Below are positions 10,501 through 20,000 of a stretch of DNA of 20,000 nucleotides, in pieces. The translations under genes and the position numbers were made by a program. Position 1 is the stretch's first letter, and the number at the start of each line of letters is the position of its first letter. Under the pieces are notes generated by a model, which was given only the letters and a program-made list of their open reading frames with translations, was not told the DNA's origin and did no database searches. This DNA comes from Catajapyx aquilonaris (Eukaryota): positions 115,863 to 135,862 of the forward strand of contig JYFJ02000422.1 of assembly GCA_000934665.2 (NCBI GenBank), in the 5' to 3' direction.

Positions 10501-13500
10501 GCTTTTATTTCTGGTAATTAAGAATTTGCCCGTGGCTCGAAGAACTTGTCAGAATATTCGTGCCCATTTGACATCAAAGACTTACTCCATTGCACATAAG
10601 CACGGTATATGCCAATTATAAGACTGTTGCTAAATGAAATATAGTCAAAATGAGCAGTTGGGACTACGACACTTCAAGTTATGGACACCTTACCGCGGTT
10701 TACCTAATTATTTACACTTGAACTAATGCTTATTCACCTTGATACTCAGCTGTCTTGTAATTTTTTCGATAGGAGTTATCTAAGCCGCAGTGGATGTGAC
10801 ATATTGTGTTTGGGACATATGCATTTGAAAAGGTGTGCCACAAGACGCAATCCTGCGATGTTATGGACCTTTAAAAATAGCCGATGTGAAGAGAAGGAGT
10901 TATGTATCTGAATACTGCGCCTCAATATCCCGCCCTTTCAGGCACTCTTGTAGTTCCACACTTTACACCAGAGTGGCGCCACAATCCTGCCTCTACATTA
11001 CTTACCAGCGATACCTGTGGCAGTTTTCAGGACTATTGCATGTACACGAACACAGTGTAGTACAGTACTGTACATTGCTTTTCCCTTTTGATCCATGTCG
11101 ACATGGTATATGACCTGCAATATTACCTGCAATATTGTTTCCGGCTGTTTTCTCGATTGAGTGACAGCCAATGTACCAAAAACAGCTTAAAAATCATTAC
11201 AAACGGTAAGGTTTTTAAAAAGCTAATTCAGCATGTACAACAGGTATGACTTGTGACGGTATACTTTCCTCATTACCTCCTTTAGCATCGTAGGATTGGG
11301 CACGATTTTAGAAAGCCAACTGCGACAGTTGCATATCTGGCTGCTTTTCCCACCATTCGGATGTTGTGGTTTAAGCAGTTTAGGCTGATAACACAGGACA
11401 AACAAGGGTGCACCGTGTTATTTTCTTATGGTCTTAATGTTTCTGGCGTTCTTGCGATTCCAAGCATGTGGACTGAAATCTGGTGGACCTCAAGTGTATT
11501 ATTTTCAATTTCCAATAGGATGGTTGTACAGATATTGCGTTACTTCCGTTTGGTTGTGGAGTCATCAATCAAACATCTCTGGCAGGAACTACACTTCTGG
11601 CCGATTATTATTTGCATATATACTGTAATTTAGGCTTACATGAATTACTTTCTCATTTCAATAATCCTAACCAGGAACAAACGAGCTGTTGTCGTAACTG
11701 AATTACGAGACACACGAACCACACTTATTACCGAGTTAATCATTTGTACTGAGATTTACGTGCGAGTAAATATCACAATTTCTCACTCATATGTCATGTA
11801 ATGCCAAGCGAAGCGATACCTCAGTTGAAGGAAATGCATTTTGACAAGTAAGGACATAAATAGGTGTACTGTGGAGACGTGTGGAATATTTTGTATCCCT
11901 AAGCTCTCATTTCGCATAAGTTGTCAGTTTCATTAACAAACATAACAGTAAATTTAACATACCTTGCATTTTCAAACTAGGAAGGGGCATCCGAGTTCTG
12001 TAAGAGTAAGAATAAGAAAAGTGATCCCAGGACAACAACCTTCCACCAAGAGCTAAACGAGGTATAGTAGTGGAGCGTTCGTAAGTTTGCCCAATAAAAT
12101 CTACCTGATTCTCCCTTATATAGTTATAAAGATGAGGTTGGCATATTCCAAGGCTTTGCACTGGAAGGCGCCTTGAATAGTTGAATGTTATTCAGTGCCT
12201 CAATGCATCAGATCTGACCTCACCGTGGCAACCCAGAGTGTATGTAGATGCTTTTGAAAACATCATCTAAACCTATAAGCAGTTTATAAACTTACGCACA
12301 ATATCCAGCACAGTTTCTAAAGCAGAAAATCATGTCCCGAGGTTTAGGACGAAATCGTTCCTCCTACTTGCCTCCTGCAAGCTCAAAGGCTACAAAGGTG
12401 ACCAAGGTTACAGAGCCTGAGTACGACCTTATTCATTTCAGGGCTATGTCTCATTGGACGATTACCATTACAGGGTGACCTTTCAGCATCTAAACTGGTT
12501 AATAGCGCATCCAGTCCCAGTTTATGTGTCTTTTTAGGTGTCACAATACCAGTTCCTTATTCGTGTTTTCCCACCAGTAAGTATATCTTTTGGATGAAAG
12601 AAAATGTTGGGGTTCCAGGGTTTTCCCAGGGTTGTGGCTATCACTTGCGGCCTACATTTACGTTTCCTTGAAATGATGCAACACATGCCCTTCCTGCGAC
12701 CTTGCCAAATTCTTGAGTGAATGAGTCGTGGAGCTGCTTTATGGTGGCGTTAAAGACAAAATACGGTTGTATTCATGCACCATACCACTGTGTATGTGGT
12801 GGTATATTTTTAGTAAGAATCTGTGCTTCATGCAACTGGAGAATGAGTCAAATCTCTCACAGCAGAACTATTTTCTGCAAAATCAGATGAAGCAAGAGTT
12901 GCGATAAAAATAATAATCATGCTTTCGATAATTTCATTTTCCATATCCCATATTGGCTCTCCCTTTTTAAATGCAGTACTGGGATTTGTCTGCAGTGAAC
13001 CAGCTTCGTTCACTATGTTTATACAGTGCAAATAAGTAGAACCACTATTAACAAAGATATTTTTAATACAACCATTCATTGCGTGAAAAATTTCTCCTAG
13101 GATAACCATGCTACACTTCGTAATACTTACCTGACAAGACGTCATATAACAGAGGTATAACCTAAGGAGTGATTCTCCTGAGGTAATCCCTCAACAAAGA
13201 AATATTATGCATTTTGTGATACAATTATGAAAATTAGTTGGTCGATATGGATTTTACAAATATAACAAGTTAGTGATGACATCTGAAATCTTTTGGCATC
13301 AGCCTCCAACATAGTAAATAACATAGGTTTTAACATGTCAGATGATTGACAACTCTTGACGTTATTAGAAAAACTGTATAATAATTGTTGGCAGAATATC
13401 GTGATGAATGTGCATGTGCCTGCATTAATCTGCATAAATAGAAGTTACAGATGGTAAACATCTAAAACATGAATTTAATGTCGACCGAGGTGAAGCATAA

Positions 13501-14283
13501 GTCATGACTCTAGTACATGAACATAGTAAATTTTTCGCACACCCCTACCGACATATTCTTGTTATGCAAAGTAAGCTTTCCCAAGTTATCCTTTTTGAAA
13601 AGGCGTCAGCACAAATCTACCATTTCCAATCTTTTTGGGGAAAAATAGTCGAAGGCCATATTGTGGCAGAGTTATGCTTTATCAGCTGTGGTACTGAGAT
13701 TTAAAATAATTATATCTATATATCAAACTGAAGTCAGTCAAATGTGGTGTTATAGAAATTGGGCGGAATTCTTTCTACTAATTGTCATGATGTAAAAACT
13801 GTCATCGTTGACAACCATGAACTAATTGCGCCCGATCACTTTGCCAACCATCATTCTGCTACTTTCAATCCAGCTTGAATACAGAGGATTTCACCCCGTT
13901 AAAATCGATTATTATTCATGCCTACCAGACACTCCATTTGAATGATGGTGGTTGAATTCTATAGTGGCTGTGCAAAGAGCCACAATTACTTTTATATAAA
14001 GAAAATTCTGCCAAATTTCTAAAATAAATGCCAGTGATACCAGATTTGTAGGTTTGGCTTTGATGAATTCAGGAGAAACTTTGTAATTGAGACGATGTTG
14101 TGTCAGCCACAAAGTTTCAAGCTTTCATCACAAAATGCATCATTCCCGGCTTACACTTTGGTGGTATGCTGCTGAACTAATGAGTCGAGCATTTCAGAGA
14201 CGTATATGTCCAAGCTGGTCACAGTGATCACATTCAATCAAAACACACGGGTTAATTACTGGTGTCAGGCTGGTAACATCTGT

Positions 14284-14337
14284 CTATCGATTCTTGATGC
14301 CACAAGCAAGGCAGCATGCAAAAATAATGCCCAAGAC
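14284..14337 (-). CDS. Tetraspanin coding exon 5 (end of TM4, short tail, stop)
   Basis: Acceptor TTGCTCTTTTCAG|GTC; VLGIIFACCLACGIKNR then TAG at 14286-14284. Confidence 0.94.
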   Translation of the reverse strand, partial: VLGIIFACCLACGIKNR

Positions 14338-16252
14338 CTGAAAAGAGCAATGCATTACAGTGTTTATTATCCGATATTATGCTTTGCAGCTAGTAATTTT
14401 GACATAGAAATATAAACTCACCTCAACAAAAGCAATACCAATTCCAATTCCGCCTACTGTTTTCAAATTGGATCTGACGTAGTCTGGAACAGCTTTGTAA
14501 CAGCCCCCGGTCCAGGAAGTAGCAACTGATGGGGTACAATCTTTAGTCGCGCAGCAAGACTTCGGGATGGTTTTATTCCCTACATGTTCCCAGTCTGTTG
14601 GGCCATTAATGCCACAGCATTGTAGCTGGAACAAACAATTATGAGCATAGAGAACTCATAAGCAATTTGTATATATATAATAATATTACTGCTATTTGAA
14701 GGCCGTCCCATGCTTCCCTATATTGCTCATTCTGGCTGTACTGATAAAAGGTGTTATTGACTTCCTTCTTTGCCGCGTCTACAACTTGGTCTTGCAAAGC
14801 GTAGGCTGCGATTCCAACAGCCAGTTCGATGATGAAAATGATTCCCAACAGAACAGAAAACTGGAATACAAAACATTTTTCAGTACGCATCATTATAAGT
14901 TACAACTAAATCTGATGGTCCTCACAGTAACAATCATGCATTGATTTTCCTTCGCAGCACCGCAGCATCCAAAGAACGAGATGACAAAGACAATGCATCC
15001 AACAATAATCAGTAGAATAGGTGTCGCTGTGTAAACATCTGGAACCATAATGTTCAAGGTTTTCCCGAGATGGAGTTTGACTATTGCGCCAACTGCTATG
15101 AGCGCAATTCCCGAGAGCTGAAACAAAAAAAAAAAAAATCACATTATTTCAAAATTCTAGCACTTCATATTTGTTGCAGGTGTACATTGTTATCATTATC
15201 TGGCACAGTCATGTAGATTACACGTTCCCTTGACAGCTATCTTTACTTATTTAACACAATCGGGCAAGTTACAAGGTTATCTTCATGGCGTTTCCACCTG
15301 GGATTTTATATATCTTTATGATATAGGGCATATATATCAATGGTTTCATATAATAGCGGATTTGTCACCTACAATTTCTACGAGGCAGTGTTTTCCTCAA
15401 TTCCAGCCCAAAACTTTCAGTCGACTAACACCCAACAAATGCCCTAGTCTTATCATGTTTTTAGTTTTATCCTTGAAACGAACAGCCATTATGTGCACAA
15501 GCCCATTGTCAATAGTTGTCGGCTTGATTGCGTACAAGAACCATAAATCAACGTACTTCTTGTTACAACCTATGAGTCGTCACAAAATGAGATCAGTCAA
15601 GTCCGGACATTACGTACACATTTCACACAACACGCTGATACGAAAAGGAATCTGATATCATCGAGGGGCAGTTTCTAAATACGCCTTGAAGTAGGTCTAC
15701 ATGCGCACATATCTAACAAGTGTAGATATGACAGTATAATTCAGATGAAATAAAGTGGGCCAGAGAAAAGCGTTGGCTACTAAGTGACACTTTTTGTGAA
15801 GTCACGCAATGCACAACCGAGATTTAAATGCGCAACGTCCATGGTAAATTATAATTTATAGCCTCTTCCTCTGTATGTAGGCCACCTTTTATTCCACCCA
15901 AGTTAGAACGTTGTTCTAGACCCCCCATCATTCTGGATTCGAACCACAAATCATAGCCTGGCAATCATCCCACCCCAATTTGAATGCATTTACACGGCCT
16001 TCAAGTTTTCGTCCTTGTCTCTCCTGAGCTAGTAACCGTAATAGCCGACCTTGCATATGATATCATAGAATAATAATCCCAAACAAGCCGAATTCCTCCA
16101 GAGGGCAACACCCCAAGTCAGCCCCCAAAAAAAGGAAGCCCCACCCTGTCCGCACACAAAAAAACAATTTCCGGGTGTGGCCTGGTACTTACTGCGAATA
16201 TGAAGTTGAAAAAGCAGAGAAGGTACTTGACACACTGCGTGCCGCAATCCAT
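14284..16252 (-). CDS. Tetraspanin, CD63-like; complete spliced CDS complement(join(14284..14337,14422..14625,14690..14860,14926..15117,16193..16252)), 226 aa
   Basis: The five exons (60+192+171+204+54 nt) splice in frame at GT-AG sites into MDCGTQCVKYLLCFFNFIFA/LSGIALIAVG...FFGCCGAAKENQCMIVT/FSVLLGIIFIIELAVGIAAY...WDGLQIA/LQCCGINGPTDW...PKSCC...GGCY...GIAFVE/VLGIIFACCLACGIKNR*. It has four hydrophobic TM segments, the GCCGA-x-KE motif after TM2, CCG, PxSCC and GC motifs (6 Cys in the large loop) and polar TM residues N/E/E. CD63-like rests on recognised family similarity; orthology is not established. Confidence 0.96.
14422..14625 (-). CDS. Tetraspanin coding exon 4 (CCG large loop, start of TM4)
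   Basis: Acceptor TTGTTTGTTCCAG|CTA; 68 codons LQCCG...GIAFVE; donor GAG|GTGAGT; 84-nt intron follows. Confidence 0.96.
14690..14860 (-). CDS. Tetraspanin coding exon 3 (TM3, start of large extracellular loop)
   Basis: Acceptor TTTTGTATTCCAG|TTT; 57 codons FSVLLG...DGLQIA; donor GCA|GTAATA; 64-nt intron follows. Confidence 0.95.
14926..15117 (-). CDS. Tetraspanin coding exon 2 (end of TM1, small loop, TM2)
   Basis: Acceptor poly-T...GTTTCAG|CTC; 64 codons LSGIAL...QCMIVT; donor ACT|GTGAGG; 65-nt intron follows. Confidence 0.96.
16193..16252 (-). CDS. Tetraspanin coding exon 1 (not in the ORF track)
   Basis: aagATGG start; encodes MDCGTQCVKYLLCFFNFIFA (typical C-x-KY-L-x3-N TM1 start); consensus donor GCA|GTAAGT at 16192; intron 1 is 15118-16192 (1075 nt). 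Confidence 0.95.
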
Positions 16253-16334
16253 CTTGAACTATGTGTATGGCAACAGCTGTAGCAAGTCTAGAACACGTCC
16301 GTTCCCGTTGAAGCCGGATAGAAAATGCGGTGGG

Positions 16335-16400
16335 GCTATACTGCGAGCAAGGCCCTGACGCCCCAAGGTCTTAAATAGGACGCGCCATGGCGGAGGCCTT
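16335..16400 (-). promoter_or_regulatory. Candidate core promoter of the tetraspanin gene
   Basis: Minus-strand TATTTAA (16377-16371) in GC-rich context, with an initiator-like GCAGT about 35 nt downstream (~16342) and ~90 nt before the ATG. Motif-only evidence. Confidence 0.4.
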
Positions 16401-18117
16401 GCGCAAACACATAGCTATAACTATGTACACCTTAGCGGTTATAGCTGTTATAGCAGGTAGGGAAGGGCAAAGGTGGCCGGAAATAGGCTTCTACGCATGT
16501 TAACACGTTAGCAGTTATGGGGGAATTGCGTAGTGTTTCCGGGTTATTGTTGACGTCTCATGGGGTATAGGGTGCACCAGCAGGTGTTATGTCAGGTTTT
16601 ATCCTAATAATGTAGAGTGTTTGAAGCTTTATCGGTACACTGGGCCAGGTGGCTGGAGATAAACTCTACCCCTATATGGTTAGGTCAATTTTTTTGTCAT
16701 TGATAATATGACTAAAATTCACCTGTAGGTTTAATTACAGAGCCATTTGGTTCGTGCTGGCAGGATTTAAAACGACCCTTGTGAGTCATTTGGCGTAAGG
16801 TAATTTTATGTGGGACTACGGGTAAATATTTACAGTACTGTTCATAAGGGTGGGCGGCGAAGATATCAGGCCAAGAATGCACTGTACACAGCAGAATGTC
16901 AAGATATCAGTGGCTCATTCCTTTGGGTGGTATCACTTTGTATTTTGTGTGGGTGTCAGTACTTGGAAATCATTATTTTAAAAAAAACTGGTAGCTCGTG
17001 CGACATCAATAAACTACAAGGGCGATCGTACACTTCATTAGGCCGGCACACTAGTGCTCATGACCGTGAATGAGGCACAGTACAGGGTTTGCGGGTACAT
17101 ACAGGACGAGTATAATCACACAGAGCATGTGAGTAGTGACTCACGTTTGACGTCACAAATAGGAGGAAGCAGACAAGTGTAACGCAATCGCCATGTGACA
17201 TGGGAGTAATCATTTTGCGGCATAATCACTGATTCTATATTCTCATCTCATTGTTTTGGATTGCGCCCACTGCGCGTATCTCGAATACAAAATATTCAGA
17301 GTCCCGCCTCTGAATATAAGCCAACTTGACCTCTATTTAGGAGTGAGAGTAATTAAGGCCACACCCAGTCCCACTCGGCTACCATCCTCGTTCAAATAGC
17401 TTCATATCCATGCGATAGAATTGCACGGAGCGGACAAAAGAATATTAATGGCATGGAAAACACACAGGGTATGAGTCATGGCAAGTGCTCCGCTTTCTAT
17501 ACTGCTTATCAGAATAATTATTCCAGCTGGGTCTGGGTGCAATAAACGGCGTACTGTACTCCATGTTTCCAAGTCACGTGTGTGCTTGCGTGACCGATGG
17601 TAAATCAAGAAAACACGCATTCAATTCAACCGAATATGATCCGCTAATATATGATAGGCTATGAAAGTAACTGCTTAAGAATAAGCAACTTTGTGAAAAA
17701 TTTTCTACCTACTACGGGCATTTCATTGGGAGCACGTTGTATATGACTATATTATTATTAATTATATAATCTTTTGGAATGTCAAAGGTACCGGTACTCG
17801 AAGGTGCTCGAAAGGAAGTTTGTGCAAAACTCCGCAGACGGGACCTATCACGCTTGTTCGATAATTATTGATAAAAAGGTTATTTCCAAGAAATTATTTC
17901 CCCTGTGAACTATTACAGAAATGCACATGCAGTATACCTGGCACTAATATTGAAAACAGCTTTCAAACGTCAATTTGGCCTATATTTTGTTGAACTGTGC
18001 TTGTAAGGCCTATAATTATGTTGATAAAGATGTTTGATAGGGGCTGAAAAATATCGATTTGCTCGAAATAATCGGCGTTTTGTTCTTTAAAATAATATTG
18101 GCGGCATTAAAACCGAA

Positions 18118-18415
18118 GCCGGTCGGTGTGGTGGTTAAAGGAGTCCGACTGCTAATCGGGAGGTCCTGGGTTCGAATCCCGGGGCCGGCGATCCTAGCTG
18201 ACCGTGGTTTTCTATGGTTTTCCACGGTCCCGCCCAGGATAATTCCGGGATCGCTTCCGTATAATAGGCCACAGCCGCTTCCTTCCTTCCTATCCTTGGC
18301 CCCATCCAATGGTGGTATTCCACCCCCTTAATGGAGCGCCGATTCTCCCAATGGGGTGAAATAAATAAATAAATAAAAATAAATAAATAAATAAAAATAA
18401 ATAAATAAATAAATA
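18118..18415 (+). mobile_element. tRNA-derived SINE (~300 bp) with (AAAT)n tail
   Basis: tRNA-like head 18118-18190 with A-box-like TGTGGTGGTT and perfect B box GGTTCGAATCC (18169-18179). The body GGTTTTCTATGGTTTTCC...CCAGG...CCGGGAT...AGGCCACAGCCGCTTCCTTCC resembles (from memory) a conserved body of arthropod SINEs. The (AAAT)n tail is 18359-18415. No clear target-site duplication. Confidence 0.9.
18359..18415 (+). repeat. (AAAT)n microsatellite, SINE tail
   Basis: Direct reading; two AAAAAT interruptions. Confidence 0.95.
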
Positions 18416-18685
18416 TAGGAATTAATAATATTCCGCTTCATATTATAACCTACACATTGTAGTCATTCGCATTTAAGCTTTGTTAAATTCTTCCTGTTCT
18501 ATAGTCCAGTTCGCCTATGCCTTTTTCATTTTATAGTACAAAATATTCCTCTACCGCTGAGCGCCAAAAACATTCAATAATCGATCAATAGTTAGTTTGG
18601 TATAGCTTGTATGGCCCTTTGCCTCATGAAAGTCTACCGCTCTCCAGAGTCTACCTCAAATCTAATACATATTTCCAGACCTATA

Positions 18686-18711
18686 TCTGTCTGTCTGTCT
18701 CTCTGTCTGTC
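18686..18711 (+). repeat. (CTGT)n microsatellite
   Basis: TCTGTCTGTCTGTCTCTCTGTCTGTC. Confidence 0.85.
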
Positions 18712-18913
18712 ACCTAAACAGATCGATACGGAGGCCTCCACATATGCCCCATGGGTATCACCAGGGGTAGTTTTTTACCGGGAATAACATAGGCACATTG
18801 TAATTCACCTCCGAGGTCATCCTTGGCCACAGGAGGCGAAAAGAACTTTGGAAGTTGGCCCCCTGTGTTCTAATAATGCTGTTCAGTTGCCCTGGAAACC
18901 ATGTCCTTCCCTC

Positions 18914-18935
18914 CTCTCTCTCTCTCTCTCTCTCT
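18914..18935 (+). repeat. (CT)11 microsatellite within a polypyrimidine tract
   Basis: Direct reading. Confidence 0.9.
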
Positions 18936-19148
18936 TCTCCCCTCCCCCCACCTGCCACCGCCTCCTCCAGCCCCTCAGTGTCATTACATTTCTACGTGGT
19001 GGCTGTACTTTGGTCAGTGTTTTTGCACTCACATTGGTTGCATACTTTATTGTTCCAATTTAGAATTTATTACACACTGTTGCCTTGGTTACGAGACTAC
19101 TGGTGTAATAATTGGGTGATGATCACGTTTTGTTCATAATATTCAAAA

Positions 19149-19407
19149 AGTTCCATATCTTGCTATCCTAGGGTATATTATTCCATTTTTATCCTAGACA
19201 CGGTGGCACGGTCCAACTGCGGCCTCGGGGCAGGCCCAGGGTTCGAGCTGGTGGTATACAAATAGCGGTTTTGGGTTNAGTTCCATATCTTGCTATCCTA
19301 GGGTATCTTATTCCATTTTTATCCTAGACACGGTGGCACGGTCCAACTGCGGCCTCGGGGCAGGCCCAGGGTTCGAGCTGGTGGTATACAAATAGCGGTT
19401 TTGGGTT
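19149..19407 (+). repeat. 129-bp tandem duplication flanking an N (likely assembly overlap artefact)
   Basis: 19149-19277 and 19279-19407 differ at one base (GGGTATATTA vs GGGTATCTTA) and are separated by N at 19278. Confidence 0.92.
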
Positions 19408-19532
19408 GCTTGTTCAGGCAGCCTGTCGGGATTTTCTTGGCGCACTTTTCCTGCCAGTGCCATACCTTTTCCTCTACGTACTGTGTCATGTGCTTTTTGT
19501 CGGAATTCTCCTGTTCTGAACTGTGTTACGTT

Positions 19533-19792
19533 CTGTGTCATGTAGTTTTCAATCGTTTTGCTTTTATTTGTTTTTTCCCCCTTTGTAAATCTTGGACTCC
19601 ACATTCTCAGTGTATATTCAGAAGTCGTTATGGGATGTGGTTTAACGTGTTTAAGGTGTGGTATAAAGGTATAAGGTGTATAAGGTGTGGCATAATGTGG
19701 TCTACGTAGGTACTGTGTCATGTAGTTTTCAATATATTTTTTTGCATTTGTTTGTTTTTTCACTTTCTAACGTTTGGACCTCCACATTCTCA
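19533..19792 (+). repeat. Diverged ~80-bp direct repeats, 180 bp apart
   Basis: Identical 21-mer CTGTGTCATGTAGTTTTCAAT at 19533 and 19713; identical CTCCACATTCTCA at 19597 and 19780; partial third copy CTGTGTCATGT at 19481. Confidence 0.85.
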
Positions 19793-19811
19793 ACACCCCA
19801 ACGACTTTAAG

Positions 19812-20000
19812 ATGGGCCTAAAAACATAGCAGCATTGGCAGAAGCGCATTGGATACACGCAGAGTTCGGCTAAGGATGAGAGACCAAGAGACTGAGGAAG
19901 AAAACCAAGCATGTCTCCACTCTATGAGAAACGCGGCCATCAGTCAGAGATTAGCTCCATTTTCATCAACCCACCTCCTACATGCCGCTTTCCACTATAC
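19812..20000 (+). pseudogene. Frameshifted N-terminus of a Helitron Rep/helicase-like protein (partial)
   Basis: The ATG at 19812 stops after 5 codons, but frame 19822-19998 reads KHSSIGRSALDTRRVRLRMRDQETEEENQACLHSMRNAAISQRLAPFSSTHLLHAAFHY. The basic start, ETEEE block and L-x-x-AAF-x-Y match my recollection of animal Helitron ORF starts. Confidence 0.5.

Larger units (their letters stand above)
18661..20000 (+). mobile_element. Probable 5' part of a degenerate Helitron, continuing beyond the window
   Basis: A|TC start (18660/18661), a (CTGT)n tract ~25 nt inside, internal diverged repeats, and a frameshifted reading frame at 19812-20000 resembling Helitron Rep/helicase N-termini. The 3' end and catalytic motifs are not in the window. 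Confidence 0.55.

Noticed and set aside
7950..11136. Short perfect tandem duplications (ATAGCGGTAT x2 ~7950, ACATGAATGTTA x2 ~8043, ACCTGCAATATT x2 ~11113)
   Set aside because: Two-copy slippage duplications with no spacers; not CRISPR-like and not evidently functional.
12828..13435. 105-aa and 76-aa minus ORFs downstream of the tetraspanin
   Set aside because: AT-rich, no recognisable family, and I could not join them into a consistent gene model.
14200..14286. Stop-codon readthrough of the tetraspanin
   Set aside because: TAG-A is not a favoured readthrough context and the immediate extension (TDVTSLTPV...) has no recognisable motif.
14696..15655. Plus-strand ORFs (82 aa, 141 aa) and an alternative-frame ORF within the tetraspanin gene
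   Set aside because: Antisense, intronic or out-of-frame shadows without homology cues.
15934..15946. Minus-strand B-box GGTTCGAATCC in tetraspanin intron 1
   Set aside because: No A box, stems or SINE body recognisable; at most a decayed fragment.
18118..18190. Functional tRNA-Ser(GCT) gene
   Set aside because: D stem unpaired, no long variable arm, and it continues into a SINE body and (AAAT)n tail.
18016..18331. ORFs of 62-97 aa over the SINE
   Set aside because: By-products of the GC-rich SINE sequence.
19308..19763. 151-aa minus ORF with repeated IENYMTQ
   Set aside because: Explained by the diverged DNA repeats, and it ends in the duplicated block beside the gap.

Overview
Eukaryotic (metazoan, probably arthropod-like invertebrate) genomic DNA, not prokaryotic; most listed ORFs are chance. 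Firm content: (1) a complete five-exon, minus-strand tetraspanin gene (CD63-like, 226 aa; 16252-14284) with GT-AG, all phase-0 introns; (2) a tRNA-derived SINE with an (AAAT)n tail (18118-18415); (3) a ~650-bp non-autonomous DNA transposon with 21-bp terminal inverted repeats (6921-7568); (4) a 129-bp duplication around a single N, probably an assembly artefact. More tentative: the 5' end of a degenerate Helitron (18661 to window end); the first two exons of a minus-strand gene encoding a mitochondrial-presequence-like peptide that runs off the left edge; a two-exon small-ORF transcript at 2193-2499; a perfect 21-bp-stem hairpin at 4533-4595; and a clear excess of TACAGTA/TACTGTA heptamers resembling Tc1/mariner excision footprints. 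I found no convincing evidence of a new multi-gene system.
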